From: Octopus sinensis
Taxonomy: Eukaryota
Assembly: GCF_006345805.1 (NCBI RefSeq)
Contig: NC_043001.1
Location: 58,218,001-58,282,000, forward strand
Direction: 5' to 3'
Length of the DNA: 64,000 nt
A program made the translations under genes and the position numbers. The notes beneath the pieces are model-generated. The model saw only the letters and a program-made list of their open reading frames with translations. It searched no databases and was not told the DNA's origin. This document shows positions 49,985 through 63,930 of the stretch, piece after piece (position 1 is the stretch's first letter; every line of letters begins with the position of its first letter).

Positions 49985-51198
49985 AGAAGTTAAGGGCCAT
50001 GAAGAAAACATGAACTATTAACACAGGTATTTGTTCTTGAGAAGACCGTTAATAGGCTAACAGTTACCTCTCATGATCTTACATTACTGGAATATTCAGC
50101 CGTCAGCATGGTGGAATGTGAGAGAGACTGGTGTTCTGTGATGACAAACAAAATATTGCGTGCCTTCACTAAGCGGGCAAGTCAAATTCTGTAATAGCAA
50201 CTACAATAGGAAATTCTAGAAGTGTTGAGCAACTAACTGTAGTTCGTTTTAAGTCATCACGATCGATAGATGCTAAATCCCAACCCGGTAAACCTCGCAA
50301 AACTTTACCAAGAGAGGATCGTATTATGGTTAGAATGTCTCTGAAGTATAAGTTTAGGAGGGCTGCTGAGATATCCGTCGAGTTTAGCTCCACTTCCGAT
50401 TTCAACTCATCGCACAAAGCAGTTTCTCGGCAGTTACAAGGGTTCTGGGTTGCTTGCTTGAGTACCGGCAAAGAAACCTCTAATTTCCAATTAGAATCGA
50501 AGAACCCGTGTTCATTTTGCTCACGAGCATGCCGTTTAGACAAAAGAACAGTGTCCGTACGTTCATTTTAGAGATGAATCAAAGTTTTATGTGATTTGGT
50601 TCCGATGGCAGGATGTACGTCCGACAAAGAAGTGAGACGAAAGTTTATCCCATGCATGTATGAAGAAGCCAATGAAATATAGAGGAGGCAGTGTAATGGT
50701 ATGGGGAATGGTCTCTGTTGCTAGTCCTGATCCACGTATTCGCCTACAAGGGACTATCAATGCTGAAATCTATAAGCGGATTCTTAGACAGCATGCTCTT
50801 CCACGTCCTCGTCAGTTCAACCTCCAATCTTCGTGCAGGACAAAGCTCCCTGTTGCACTGCGAAGAGAGTCAAAGAGTTTTTGAGTGATGAAGGGGTTGA
50901 TCTCATGGACTGACCACCTGAAAGTCCCTATCTCAACCCTAAAGGTCATTGGGAATACAGCGCGAAGGAGACATCCAAAGAACCAAGATGAACTCTGGGA
51001 ATTATTGAAAAACGAATGGAACAATATTACTCAAACATTTTGCAAGAAATGAATTCAGTCCTGTGGTAACCTATGTCAGCAGGTAATTGATAATAAAGGG
51101 ATGTTCACAAAATATTAAGAGTAAGGTTTTCTTTTTTGGTTCTTGTCTCATTTTTCATTGGTTTTCTAAGTGACCTTTAACTTTTGGCCGTTGCAGTA
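49985..51198 (+). mobile_element. Tc1-like (DD34E) transposon, near full length, pseudogenised
   Basis: Plus frames give PGKPRKT, VHFRDESKF, GGSVMVWG, IFVQDKAPC and PPESPYLNP. The right terminus is ...taacttttggccgttgcagta, with a partial left TIR near 49987-50010. Confidence 0.85.
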
Positions 51199-51644
51199 TG
51201 GAAGACTATTTGTTTATTTCCTCATAACTTACGATGTATGTATTCCATTCTCTTGGAATTTTCATGAAAGATACATATTAGATATATCTGAATATCTGTA
51301 ATGTATCTAGTCTCAAGGTTTTGTTGAACTTCTATATAAATATTTCAATGCACTTGTTCTTAATGATTCTTATATTATGGCCGGTACTCTATATATGTAA
51401 TTATATGTCAACATGTATGTAAACACACGCACTATATAAATTGTTCTTCACCCATTTATTACTGTTCTTATTTTAACTGATGTCCACTGTCCTGAATTTT
51501 TTATCAAACATCTGTTACCTCTTCACCGACATTTTCCGTTCACTTGCGTGCTCCTGCTCCGCTTCTTCTAGACTAAACGAGTGAAGAACGTATATATAGT
51601 GCGTCTGTTTATTTGGCAAAAATATGAACGCAACACAAATTCAT

Positions 51645-51770
<126 letters not shown>

Positions 51771-51854
51771 ATAGGTATTTATATCAGCATGCATTTATAA
51801 TATATATATCTCTGTATTTATCTATCTATCTAGCAAGCTATATGCCTATCTATG

Positions 51855-52160
51855 TATGTGGTAAGAAGTTTTCATCCAATCCACATGGTTTCTGGTTCAG
51901 CCTTACTGCGTGGCACGTTAGGCAACTCTCTTCGACTACCGCTTTATGCGTTTATTTGGTAGACGAAAGCTGAAACTGAGAACCGGCACTAGTGTGTTCA
52001 CTTTCTGGTAACGTAGCAGTTCGTCAAAAGTACCCGATGGAATAAGTACTACGCTTAAACATATATGTAACGTGGTCTAATCAGTTGTCTTTGAAGCGTT
52101 GCTCAAAGCGTAGCCGCTGTCTAATTCCTAATGATTGATGACTGAAACAAGACATACCAG
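51855..52160 (+). mobile_element. SINE family 1, degraded
   Basis: gtggtaagaagtt...ccacatggtttctggttcag...ggtagacgaaa...aataagtact...gactgaaacaag. Confidence 0.65.
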
Positions 52161-52213
52161 AAAAAAAATCCACGCACACTCACATAGACTCAGATACACA
52201 CAGATACACACAG

Positions 52214-52310
<97 letters not shown>

Positions 52311-52319
52311 CCAATTCGA

Positions 52320-52546
52320 ATAAACTTCACCGAGAACTCGCGATCTTGACCGCAACACTTTGGCTACTAGGCCCTTGTGTAAGTCCACAGCCAACTCCAT
52401 GCTCTCAGTTTCTGTACACCGATAATGCCTGATCTGCGTCAGTGTCCTCTCAAGAATATATTGACTGATCAACCATAGCCGGACACTTCATGACCTGTCC
52501 TTTTCTCCAATGTGATGTCCTTCCTCATCGTCGACTACGACTGACG
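52320..52546 (-). mobile_element. Possible RTE-like LINE fragment
   Basis: Weak similarity to an AP-endonuclease C-terminus (YIL...DLHKGLVAKVL) and a cgtcagtcgtagtcgacgatgagg motif. Low certainty. Confidence 0.25.
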
Positions 52547-55500
52547 AACGTCATTCTTTATTGATAATACTTTACGTATTATTAATAATAAATCTTCGAC
52601 ATAAAGAAATATGTTTGTATACACAGACACATATACATTCGCTAACACATTCATACACACACACACACGCACACACACACACACACATTTCTCACCCCAT
52701 CTCCCTCTCTCTTTATGTATATGTGCGTGTGTGTGTATAACAAGCTCGTACCTGATGCATGTTTCGCACAAAAGGATTTCCATCCCGCATAGCAATATTC
52801 TATGAATATTCTGCGTGAAGCTTCTGCTGGGTCTGCTTTTGCGACATCGTATTAGCCTCTAATTACTTTCAATAATTCTATTTGGGATTCTGGGCTTTTA
52901 TTGAAGATATTTGAATATGCTAAACCCGGAGGCTCCAACAGTTAGAAGCTGAGAATTATTCACAACTAGAAAACCATAATTGTGTTCCATGTTACATTCC
53001 TTATACAGTTACATCATGCAACACCACAGAATAATACCATATTATTCACTTTAACACATTCACCCCCCCATCTCAGCTGCATGTACCCTTAGAATATCCC
53101 TGCTATATAACATTTGGCTTCATATATCCCCTACGTATCCTGTATCATTTATTAAAAAATTTAGTATTCATGAAGCATCTCTTTAAATATTTAATTATGC
53201 CAAAAATTACTCAACAATCTATTTACTTAATCTATTTACTTTATTAGATAATATGTTTCTATTTAATTTGTTAATTATATAATAAGCCATCCGTTTAAAA
53301 CATTTATTCATTTAATGGTTATACATTTTAATAATCTTTTAAACACCTATCACTTATGATCATTCTCTCACCCATGTAAATCCTAGAGATATGAGGTTCG
53401 ATTTTTGTCTTATTTCTCTTATTGAACCATTTTCAATAAAATCTCATTCCAGCAGTCTTCAGCTTATTTAATTCTCCGTTTTATATACAGTTGATCCTTC
53501 CACTAAGCTCTTTCGGGTACTATCATCTTGTGCTGATATTTAAACTAAGTTCACGAATCCAAGGTATTAAGAATATCTATTCTTTTTAACCACCGCATAT
53601 TTTAGCCAGTATGATTTGTGCGGTACCCCGCTATCCTATATACATGTTTCTTCTTCTCCACTATGGCCACTGTCATATGAAACGTTTCCACACGCAGAAT
53701 CTCGTTTATCTATCTAATCTACTTGGCTAGAGACTGTTTTAAAATTGTACCTTCAACACTACGACTTCTACAGTTCTTTGAAAAGAAGCCGGGCTTACCA
53801 AAATATTTCTTATAGCAACGCTATTGCAACGAAGAATCATGCAGAATATGGGCTAGCTGATTGATAGTAGCAAGTAAAATACCAGATAATACCATCATGA
53901 AAGTATGACACTAGACACTAGATTCTAAAGCCTCTATATGATGGGCTTTGTGTATGTTCAAATTTTTTATTCCTTTATGAAATTTCACTTAGAACTCACA
54001 ATCAAGTAAAGAGCTTTGTTTTGGATGAAATTTACTTTTGCTTCACTGAGACAACTTTCAGAATTACTGAGCAATAAAAGCATCATCCTAGTCCCATTGC
54101 GGAACCCAGTATAACATATTGCTTGAAAACCATGCATGTACTCTACCCTCCGGAAATCAATTTCTATGTGATATTCTTTAAAACCGTGACTATAATACCA
54201 AAGACAAAACAGAATCTCTTCATACATGATTTTCATCAATGAAATATATGGAGGAATAAAACAAACACATGAAATGAATGAACTGAAAAATGCTGCGGGG
54301 AAACTTGAATCTTTGTGACTAAATTCTTCACATACATATCTTAGATTCATTTATTAACAATTGCTTGGCTGAAGAATAGCTGAGTGTTGCACTAACTCAT
54401 GTAAACACAAATATAAGATTTGTAAGTATACAATTTATAGGCGGAGGAACGCTATATACCAAAATGCAGAATTACAACTCGACAGTCATGATGCTTCTAA
54501 AGGTTTACTATAATCTAGCTATCAAACGGAAAGTTCAAAAAGAGCCATCGTCTCGAGTAGAATTGAACTTGAATATTCTATTTTGTTTTAAAGGATACAA
54601 GGCGAAAATATGATTAGTTTACATAGAACTACTGAAGAAACATAAGCTCTCTAAATATGAAGCGAAGTACAAAGTATCTCCTGGAATATCGCTCACCAGA
54701 AACGTCTATAATGAATCAGTGGCATTTCCTCAATGAAGCGTACACTGAGAAACGATTAGTGGATTTCAAATGATCAAAGAATAAATACCTTTCTTAGTCA
54801 GGTATTGAAATAACGTACTTTATGACCTTGAGAATATTTCTAAGGTAACTCCTAAATTATAACAGACCACACCTTGACTGAAAGGCTAGTCAACAATAGT
54901 GGACTATTTAGCTAGATACATAAACCAACCGAAATCAGAGGATTCATTAACACTCATTGAATAACGTTTGCAAATTTTCAGCCATTTGATATATTTACAA
55001 GCCAGAAATGTATGCTAAAATTAATTCAACCATCAACATATTTTTAACAAAATAGGAAAACTTGTTGATTGTTTCGATTATTGGGAAGAATCAGACCCTG
55101 TTCATTTTTGAAAATCTTGTTCACTCTATCAAAAAACACTATGCAGCAATGTACTATTTGGTAATAACGCAGCGTTTGCATGCATAGAAACATATTCTAA
55201 TTGATATTCGTTACATAGAAGATTCAGTTGGATTACGTGCCAAATTATAAGACGATGTCTTTTATTGCTTGACGTGAGACGTTTTCGACAATGTAAACAG
55301 AAATTTCTGTGTTGAAGGGCACCGCGGATGTCTCTTTAAAATTAGAAGCTGTGCAAAGCAGCTTGCTCGATCATGTACTGTTTATTATTTTCCTAATTGA
55401 TTGACGACTTTGTTGAATCAAAGGATATAAACGTGGGTGATGTATTAATTCTTGACTTAACAACAACCAATACTAATGGGATTGTATCTAGAAAATAGAG

Positions 55501-56264
55501 CTTATATCTGACTCATCTCATCTCATAGAACCATCTATGACTACCTATGTCACATCAGTGCCAGTCTGGTGAAATGAAGAAATGGATCAGGAAAACCGAA
55601 AGAGGTGTAATAGTCTGGACGTAAGAAAAAAGAAAGGAACTGATAACGATTTCCGATCAATAACCCCACGTGACCTGTTTTGACAAATAGAGAACATTCG
55701 TTTGGAAGTCATCTAGAATGTGATGCTACTCTCTTTAGTCATAGCTATTTATTTGATGAGACAGGTTTGGCCTCCGAGCATGTGAAACTTCCAGTATGCA
55801 GTTGCGTTGAACTGTTATTAAAAGTATACATGCATATTTTTATATATACATATTTTATGTATGTATATATATGTATACACACACATATACATACATACAT
55901 ATGAGCGTGTATATGATTACATATGTTTGTGTGCGTGTGAGAGTGAGTGTATCTATGTGTCTCTGTGTGTCTGTGTGTATAATAATATGAAAGTAGAAAA
56001 TATAATTAGTGTTTTACACTTTACATAATATCTGTGCGTTTACCGATGCCAAACACTGCAGATCGAGAAAATTGGCGCTGTTACACGAAGTAATTTGCAA
56101 GAAAAATTCAATATGGTTGCTTATTTTATGTGCATAAGTTATATAAAAGTTAAAGCTTAAAATACCCCAATTACACATTCGGGGTTTCCGATTACTAGAT
56201 AACGGGGCTCAAATTCCATACGCCAGCCTATCAGAATATCATGGTCATTTTCAAATATATAATG

Positions 56265-56670
56265 TTCCGATTAAACATTCTATAAAGTCATACTCAACGA
56301 AGCTTCTAGAATGTGAATTAGAAAGTATTGAAGATGTGTTTAAATAAGAAGTACATACACATGTGAAAATGTACTCACAAACACGTATACATATATGAAC
56401 ATTTTTGTGTTTGGGACCGATAACTGACCCTAAAATTTTGATGAAATTTAGTGCTTCTAATAGGTCACTATGGAGGAGTTGCAGAGTAGAATTACCCCAA
56501 ATCTCTGCAGAATAGTGGGGAAGAAGATGAATGGATACATATATGTACGCGTGTTTTTGAGTACATTTTCACATGTGTATGTACTTCTTATTTAAACACA
56601 TCTTCAATACTTTCTAATTCATATTCTAGAAGCTCCGTTGAGTATGACTTTATCGAATGTTTTATCGGAA
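56265..56670. repeat. Fold-back element with 133-bp inverted arms and a 140-bp spacer
   Basis: 56265-56397 versus the reverse complement of 56538-56670 shows 7 mismatches by manual count (about 95%). Confidence 0.9.
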
Positions 56671-57909
56671 GATTGATTTCTTTTTCTAGACATAAAGGCC
56701 TACATTATATATTTTGTTAGTAACACTAATGTACACCAGTGATAAATTATTTTGTAATTTGTCATTCTACATTTGTGGGATCTCATTAAAATTTCAGTCA
56801 TCCATCAGAAATGAATAGGACATGCAATGAACTTGTCATGGCTAATTCACTGAGGTCGTCTTCACTGATGTTAATGAATTGTTGGCAAATTCATGGAATG
56901 TCTAACAGACTTCACTTTTTGCTCGACTAAAGTTGACGAGATGAACTAACTGTAAATGCATGCCGGGAAGCAAAAGCTATGGCACTCCTCAGAGGAGCAG
57001 CGAACATAATGGTTAAAGAACATGATTATGATGATCATTCGCGTATTCTAGCGATGATCTTGGCAATGGAATAATGAATCTGGTATCAATTGGTGATCAT
57101 TATTCCAAGTAGAGCACAAAGTCTTATACATGAGCATATATGACAATATTAACAATACCTGTCAGTATCAAAGTAAAGCAATACCGAAGCGATTATTTAC
57201 AAGTAGTGAAGCATGGAAGAAAACTGCTCATATCAACAAAACATTTTATCATTAACGTAGGACGTTTATCACCTAAAAATAAATTTTCAGATGTATATCC
57301 ATGCATAACTCTGAGTAACTCTTTAACTAAACACAGATTACAATCCACTCTTGTTGTCGTGCAGAAACCAGATTATTGTTTTGACAAAACTGGTTGATGA
57401 GTAGATGGGAAGAACACGAGTCACATAGTGTCGAAGTGTTTCGGTGAATATAGATGACCGTCAGACACTGCAAATACAATACATCACATCGTAAAGAACA
57501 TCCATTTGATGCAAATAATTGTGCAGGGTAGCCTAAAATATTCATACAACATACTGTTTATACACAACTGCAAATTTGCTTTCTACTATCTGAAAAATAA
57601 TGTCATTTTACTGAAATCTCTATGAGCATCACAGTATTCAGTGCACTGAATCAGATAATGCTGACCACTCATCTGAAAATTCACATGGGTTTTGGTATAT
57701 AGGCAACAATCTCTACTATACAAGCATTCAATTGAATAAAGTAAAATATAGGCAGATACAAACACACATAAAAAGTAAAAACAAGATATAAATGGTTATA
57801 CGCTCAAAATTGTTTCTGCCACAATCAAAGTACTTTTCTTTTGCATCATTAGATGTATCTATCATTAGGTGTGTCTCTTGGCGTTACTATTGATGCATGC
57901 AAAATCAGG

Positions 57910-57931
57910 AGCATATATGCAAGCATATATA

Positions 57932-58006
<75 letters not shown>

Positions 58007-58105
58007 TATATACATACATACATATATATATATATACATATATATATACATTCATATATATATACACACATATACATACCTTCACACACACATATATATG
58101 CATGT
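57910..58105. repeat. (TA)/(CA) compound microsatellite
   Basis: Visible repeats. Confidence 0.95.
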
Positions 58106-58399
58106 GTCTATCTATTTACATACCTATGTATGTTTTTTGTATAAATGTGCATTAAGAGAAAGTCGAAGGAAAGAGAAAGGTGGTGATGGAGCACATCCTC
58201 TTTTTCAAAATTACCCTAGTTGTGATTGAAATGAGCTTCCTTACTGGGAGGAACAAAGTAACAACCATAATTGGTTTTACTGCGATAGAATCTATATCAT
58301 GTAATTGCAGCGTATGTGTTTAAGAGCCATCTGCTGTTTATTTTTCCTTTTTTGCACTTCAGTCTTTTTTTCCCCTCCTTACATACGTTTTGTCATGAT

Positions 58400-58760
58400 T
58401 GGCTATCATCAGCATCATCATCGTCAGAATCGCCATTACCAATATTTTGATCGATAACAACTGCAATACAAATATCCATATCTCCACAATATCACTACCT
58501 GCCATTTTCACTATTCCTTGCTACCAGCGTGTCATCGACATCGCCATAGTCATGTGAAATAACTCACAAATATCGCAATAACGATCACATGACAAGACCC
58601 ACCTTCTTTACATCTACCTTTCCTTCCTCACCCCAATTATTGCCATTACAAATGTTATCAACATTGACAGTGTTATCATCATCCTCATTACCGTCATCTT
58701 ATTATTACAATTATTATTGTTGTTGTTGTTTTTGTTGTTTTTGTTGTTGTTGCTATTATC

Positions 58761-58847
<87 letters not shown>

Positions 58848-59200
58848 TATTATTATTATTATCATCATTATTATTATTATTATTATTATTATTAATTCCC
58901 CATACGAATAGCAAGAATAATACCATAGTTGTTTTCTCTATCTTCAAAACCACAACCAGCAACAACAACAGCAACAGCATCATCATATTCCAGATTAAAT
59001 GTTTCTTTTCAATTATTTTACATCATTATTTCATAACGATACTCATCATCCTTAACAACAACAGTGTTTTTGACATTGACATCCTCATCTTAATTATAAT
59101 CCTTATTATCATCAAACCTGTACACTTACCTATCACACAGCACTTCTTAGGAAATATCCACGTTGTCATTGTGCCTGCAAGTAGCAGTGATAAATTTCAT
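58400..59200. repeat. Low-complexity (CAT/TAT/TGT/CAA)n region
   Basis: Degenerate trinucleotide repeats with a long (TAT)n core at about 58745-58895. Confidence 0.85.
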
Positions 59201-59589
59201 CTTAAAATTTCTACCCAACAACCTTCGAAGTGATGTAATAAACACAATGAAAGAATATTGAATAAAAACTAAATTGTCATATTTAGTAAGCCAATAAAAC
59301 AGCAAGAAATATGACTGCGAGTGTACACAAAATTTATAAATGAATCAGAGAAGATACACCGCTGCACAAAATAGTTCTTTATTTATTTATATATGTGACT
59401 TAGCTATCGTGAAATTACATAGACAAGTACACCAAACAATGACATAACGCAGAAAAAGTATATGTTACATGACAAATACCACCTACACCGCTGAGAACAA
59501 CGAATAAGCAGAAAGTAACTTAATCTTCATTTCCCATCAGTATGGTTTAAGATACTAAAAAATTGTTAATGTTTAGAAATAAATATTTC

Positions 59590-61586
59590 ACCTGCATTCC
59601 TTCTGCCTCTTGAAACAGGTTTTTTTCTTCCAGATGCTTGCTCATTCTCCGCGCTATTAATGTAGTAAAGGCTTTGAAAATTGTAGGGCGACATTTTATC
59701 AGTCTGTAATTTTGTGCGTTTATCGTTTCAGTGGATTTAGAAATTAAGGTAGTTTTCCTTTCCATGAGCCATTCAGGCATTGTCTCTGGCACTGCTAGTG
59801 TGTCATGAAATTTCTCAGCCAGATTTTTATGTGTGCCTATCAGACATTTTAACCAGAAGTTGGAGATCTTATCGTGCCCGAGTACCTTCCAGTTGCTTAG
59901 ATTTTGCAGTGCCTGAATGACCTCTTCATTCATTAATGGGGTCCGGAGTGGTTCAGGGGCTGAGTCCGTTATTTTGCTACAGCTTGTTTCAGGTTGTTCC
60001 TTCGCCGAACATATTATTTTTACAAAATTTTTCCACTTTTTCTGCTGTTAGTAGGGTATTGATGTCTGTTTTATTTTTCGCAAGTTCTTGGTAGAATCTT
60101 TTGTGTTTGGAGTTGAACTGTTTGTTTTCTGCAAAGAAACGACGGCGTTTCTCATACCGGCGGATTCTTTGTGCTTTGATGAAGATAACTTGCTTTAGCT
60201 GATCTTTTACCTAAAGTATACCTTGTTCTGTAATTTTGAATTTACGTAGTATTTTTGTTCTCTACTTGTTACTTAATAATTTTGATTGCTAGTTTCGTTA
60301 TGGATTGAAAGATCTTTTCTCTTGTGTATTTTGTCTGGATATCATTTATCCACAGGATTTTTTGGGGTGGTGATACTCCTGTTTGGATGTGTTTGAGGGA
60401 GTACCCCACTTCTTTCGTGGCCACAGCGGCTGCTGCAAATATTATAACATTTAGCCTAGTCGTATTGACATTTTTTTTCTGTGGCTATTAGTTCTGTGAC
60501 GGCCAGGTTCATGCTATTTATTATTGATGTTGGTATAGTATCAATTTTCATTTTTGGGAGGTAATATCGGTGGCCCATACTAATATCTGTGGTTTTCAAT
60601 TCTTTGATTATGCTCATTTTAAGAATATTAAATCGTTAATTTCTCCTTCACTGTTTCCGGGTTTTAGATTTGTTTCTAATCCCCCCCCCACGTTCATATT
60701 TTTGTCTGTGGTGTTCTGGTTTGCTGCATTTTGCTCATCATTATACATTTCTACGGTCTGGGTTTGTTGTCTTTCGTTGTTACTTCGTTTTTGTTGGACT
60801 TATTACGTGTTGTACAGTCCCAGTGCTTCTGATATTATTTGGCATTGCTGTGTGGTTACTATCAATATTTTCCTGATGCATTTTTCTTTTTAAGTGTTCT
60901 ATTTCAATTTCTGATATTTTATTTTTGGGAATATATCTTCATTTGTTAGCTAGTTTATTAGGGTTTATTGCTGTATCCAAGTCTTTATCTAGGTTATTTT
61001 TCTTCAAGATTTTACTTTTATACATTGTTGTATTTTCGTTCATTGGGCAGAGCACTAAAGTAAAATAAGCGTGTAGGAATGAAATATATTCCTCACTTAT
61101 CTATTTATGCTTTTTCGATTTTATTTGCAGGACCTGAGAAATAAGGTCCGGCCATTTATTTTAACGGTCTTCATTTTCGTAAGGTACCGGTCCGTAATTT
61201 CTGGTGTTAAATTTTTTTACACGTGTCGTTTTTCATACTTTGTGTGCAGCAAATATAAATTAGGTACTCCTCGACTGTTATACTTCAGTTGAATAATACT
61301 GGTATTATTTTTTTGTTGCGTGGTGTTTAGGGACGGAGATGGTCTGGTGTTGACTGGATTGTAATGTGGCGACCGTGTTTACAAGTGCTGTCCGAGCAAT
61401 GAAGATGATATACAATTAAAATACATCATTTCAATTTGAAAATAAAAATAGATTTCGATGAGTATTACTTACTCGGATATAGTCCACAACTTTGTCAGTT
61501 ATTTTTGGCTCCGTGTCTTTATTCTCGATGTTTTCGGATAGGTTTCAGAGCTGTGTTTTATCGCACTCACATGTTAAACGACACCG

Positions 61587-61588
<2 letters not shown>
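59590..61588 (-). mobile_element. R4/Dong-clade LINE, 5' half (N-terminus to early RT)
   Basis: NWKVLGHDKISNFWLK, MPEWLMERKTTLISK, NYRLIKCRPTIFKAFT and HLEEKNLFQE (up to the EQKGC region). The putative 5' end abuts (TAA)n. Confidence 0.75.

Positions 61589-61664
<76 letters not shown>
61589..61664. repeat. (TAT/TAA)n microsatellite between two R4/Dong fragments
   Basis: Visible run. Confidence 0.95.
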
Positions 61665-61665
<1 letters not shown>

Positions 61666-62655
61666 TTACAGAAGTCTTATTTTTATCACCTGATCTTACT
61701 GCACCCGGTGTAACTTGGATACGTGCGTTGTTTTGTTGCGGTGTTCTTATTTACACGGTTTTGAAAGTGTTCTTCGTAGGATGTGTGTACTATATTTTCT
61801 CTGTGTTTTAATATAATTGTAAGGCCTGGTGTTTCGATTATATATTTAGGTAAATGTGTTTTTCATCACACCTAATGCGCCAAGTATTATAAGAATTGTT
61901 TCTGCGTCTGCCTTTGGAAGGTGCATTATATGCAAGTTAGTAGCTTACAGATTTCCCTGTCAAGCTTCCTTATTTCGCTCATATTCCAGATCAGCACATT
62001 GAAATTGAAAATGACAACCGCAGCTGCTACGGAATTCATAGCTAACACATTGTTAGGTGCATTAATTCGGATTTTAGGACTGATCGAACTCTCTTGTAAC
62101 ACTCCTTCCTGATTTTCACTTTCATACTTGCTTGTTGAATCATTGAGCCTTCATTTAATTCCGAGGTACTTGCAAGTTTATTCCTGCTCGAGTTCCTCTA
62201 TGATTGCGTCAAAATCCAACTTCACTGAATGTGAGTTCTTTAGCTTCCCTTTCTGTAAAGAGGCGTTGACACATTTATCAAGACCAATTCCATCGCAATA
62301 TCATCACTGAATACTTTCACTGTACGTAGTAATCCTTCAAGCTCATTATTTTCTTTGCCATAGAGTTTTAAGCCATCCATGTAAAATAGATGACTTATGT
62401 TTTTTTGTCGCCATTTGATTTCCATACCCTGCTCTGTTAAGTTCATTTGAAAGGGTCTGTGCAGAAAATTAAAGATGAAAGTGAGTTACTTTGGAAAATG
62501 CCGCATTTGATATTAATATTTGTTGTGGTCAGTACTCCATTAGAGTGGTACAACTGTTGATTCGTATCCCATATTGACATGTTGTGCTTCAAGAAGTTTG
62601 AATTCGCAGGAGAAATTTTCAAGATATCCACCGATCCATGAATGCGGTACGGATT
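61665..62655 (-). mobile_element. R4/Dong-clade LINE, 3' half (5'-truncated, internal deletion)
   Basis: xPxRIHG/SVPHSW region, CGIFQSNSLSSLIFC, ISHLFYMDGLKLYGK..ELEGLLRTVKVFSDDI, CKYLGI, LDREICKLLT, LPKAD and C-terminal HILRRTLS, followed by a 3' UTR running into (TAA)n. Confidence 0.85.
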
Positions 62656-62667
62656 ATCATCATCATC

Positions 62668-62714
<47 letters not shown>

Positions 62715-62725
62715 TAGTAGTAGTA
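62656..62725. repeat. (CAT)(AGT)n microsatellite
   Basis: Visible run at the 5' truncation point of the R4 fragment. Confidence 0.95.
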
Positions 62726-62859
62726 TCAGCAACGCCTATTATGACCACTCACGTTATACTTCCAGCCAAAATTCATGTAGAACATTTAATAATAGAAAAA
62801 GATCACCGAACACTCTTTGTTTGAAATTATACTAAAATTAGATATATTCTTACTGGATA

Positions 62860-63350
62860 CACAATATTTAATCTAGACATAAGTCGAAAAATAAATCTTA
62901 CTAACAAACCATTAAACCCGAAAATAACCAAAAAAAAAACTTAAAGAATCAAAGAAATATCAAAAATATGGGCACAAATTAAAATGCCCTAATACCAAAG
63001 CCTACCTAATAAGGAATGTGTGGTCGGACACTTCATGGGTGAGAAATGAATGTTTATTGCACGGCTTGCAATCCGAGAACGGATGGAAAGGATACTTATA
63101 AATTTCAAAAGCGGACAGTGTAATGTGGTCCAACATGACACAGAATGCTCACTTATCAACGTCATTTAACAAAATATCAATAGATTCCTCGAGTAACAGA
63201 AATCCCTGATAGTAGCATAATAAACATACAAAACTAAAACACACACTAAATGTAGCCAACATCAGAAAAATACAATCTAAAACACTATACGCTAAACCCA
63301 CACATAACTGAAATGAATCCCGTTAAACCGGTAAATCATAAAACCACACT
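62860..63350 (+). mobile_element. Possible highly decayed Penelope-like fragment
   Basis: Weak GIY-YIG-like pattern (C....FMGEK...L..RE.....NVVQH...C) and a CA-rich tail. Uncertain. Confidence 0.2.
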
Positions 63351-63689
63351 AGAAAAAACAACAGGAAAAGAAAACAATCAAATATCCGTGCTCAACATTA
63401 GGAGGTAATATTGCTTGGGAAATACTATATAGAGAAATTCGTTTCACCAATAACCAAACCAATGAAACATCACTTTCTGTATTTACTACCAAAATATGCC
63501 TACAAAATATGTTCCCTTGACATATATGCCTTTTTGAGACCTTTCTTGAATCAGATATCTAAAACCAAAGGGGAAATGTAAAAAAATTAACAGTCATCAT
63601 AATCAGATAAAGTGGCGTACGCATTCCTAAGCATGAGGTCTGATATAGGTGGACGCAATGCAGCGATTGTACATTAAAGGCATACAAAT

Positions 63690-63930
63690 GCACAGGAGTC
63701 TTTAAGCATCTGTCAAGTCACAGCAAGGACCTCAGACTAATAACACTCCCTTTAAGGTGTGCGCTGTGTCCAACACGGCTGCTTTTTGGAAGACATCAAT
63801 CTTGTTTGGGATTTCCAGTTGCATTGAGAAGTCTTGAAGTTTCAATGGAATTGAGCCTAACGCTCCGATCACTACTGTATCACATTTACATTGCCCTCTC
63901 GCATTCCATACAGTCTTCTCGGTACCAAGT
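63690..63930 (-). mobile_element. R4/Dong-clade LINE C-terminus (restriction-like endonuclease end)
   Basis: Minus frame gives VVIGALGSIPLKLQDF..QLEIP..FQKAAVLDTAHTLKGVL. Confidence 0.7.

Noticed and set aside
55560-55680. Host exon
   Set aside because: It resembles a very decayed LINE RT segment (KKG..NDFRSIT, like NYRPI) and there is no consistent open exon frame.
58589-59233. 214-aa ORF
   Set aside because: It is a translation of trinucleotide low-complexity repeats (poly-Y/I/L/C).
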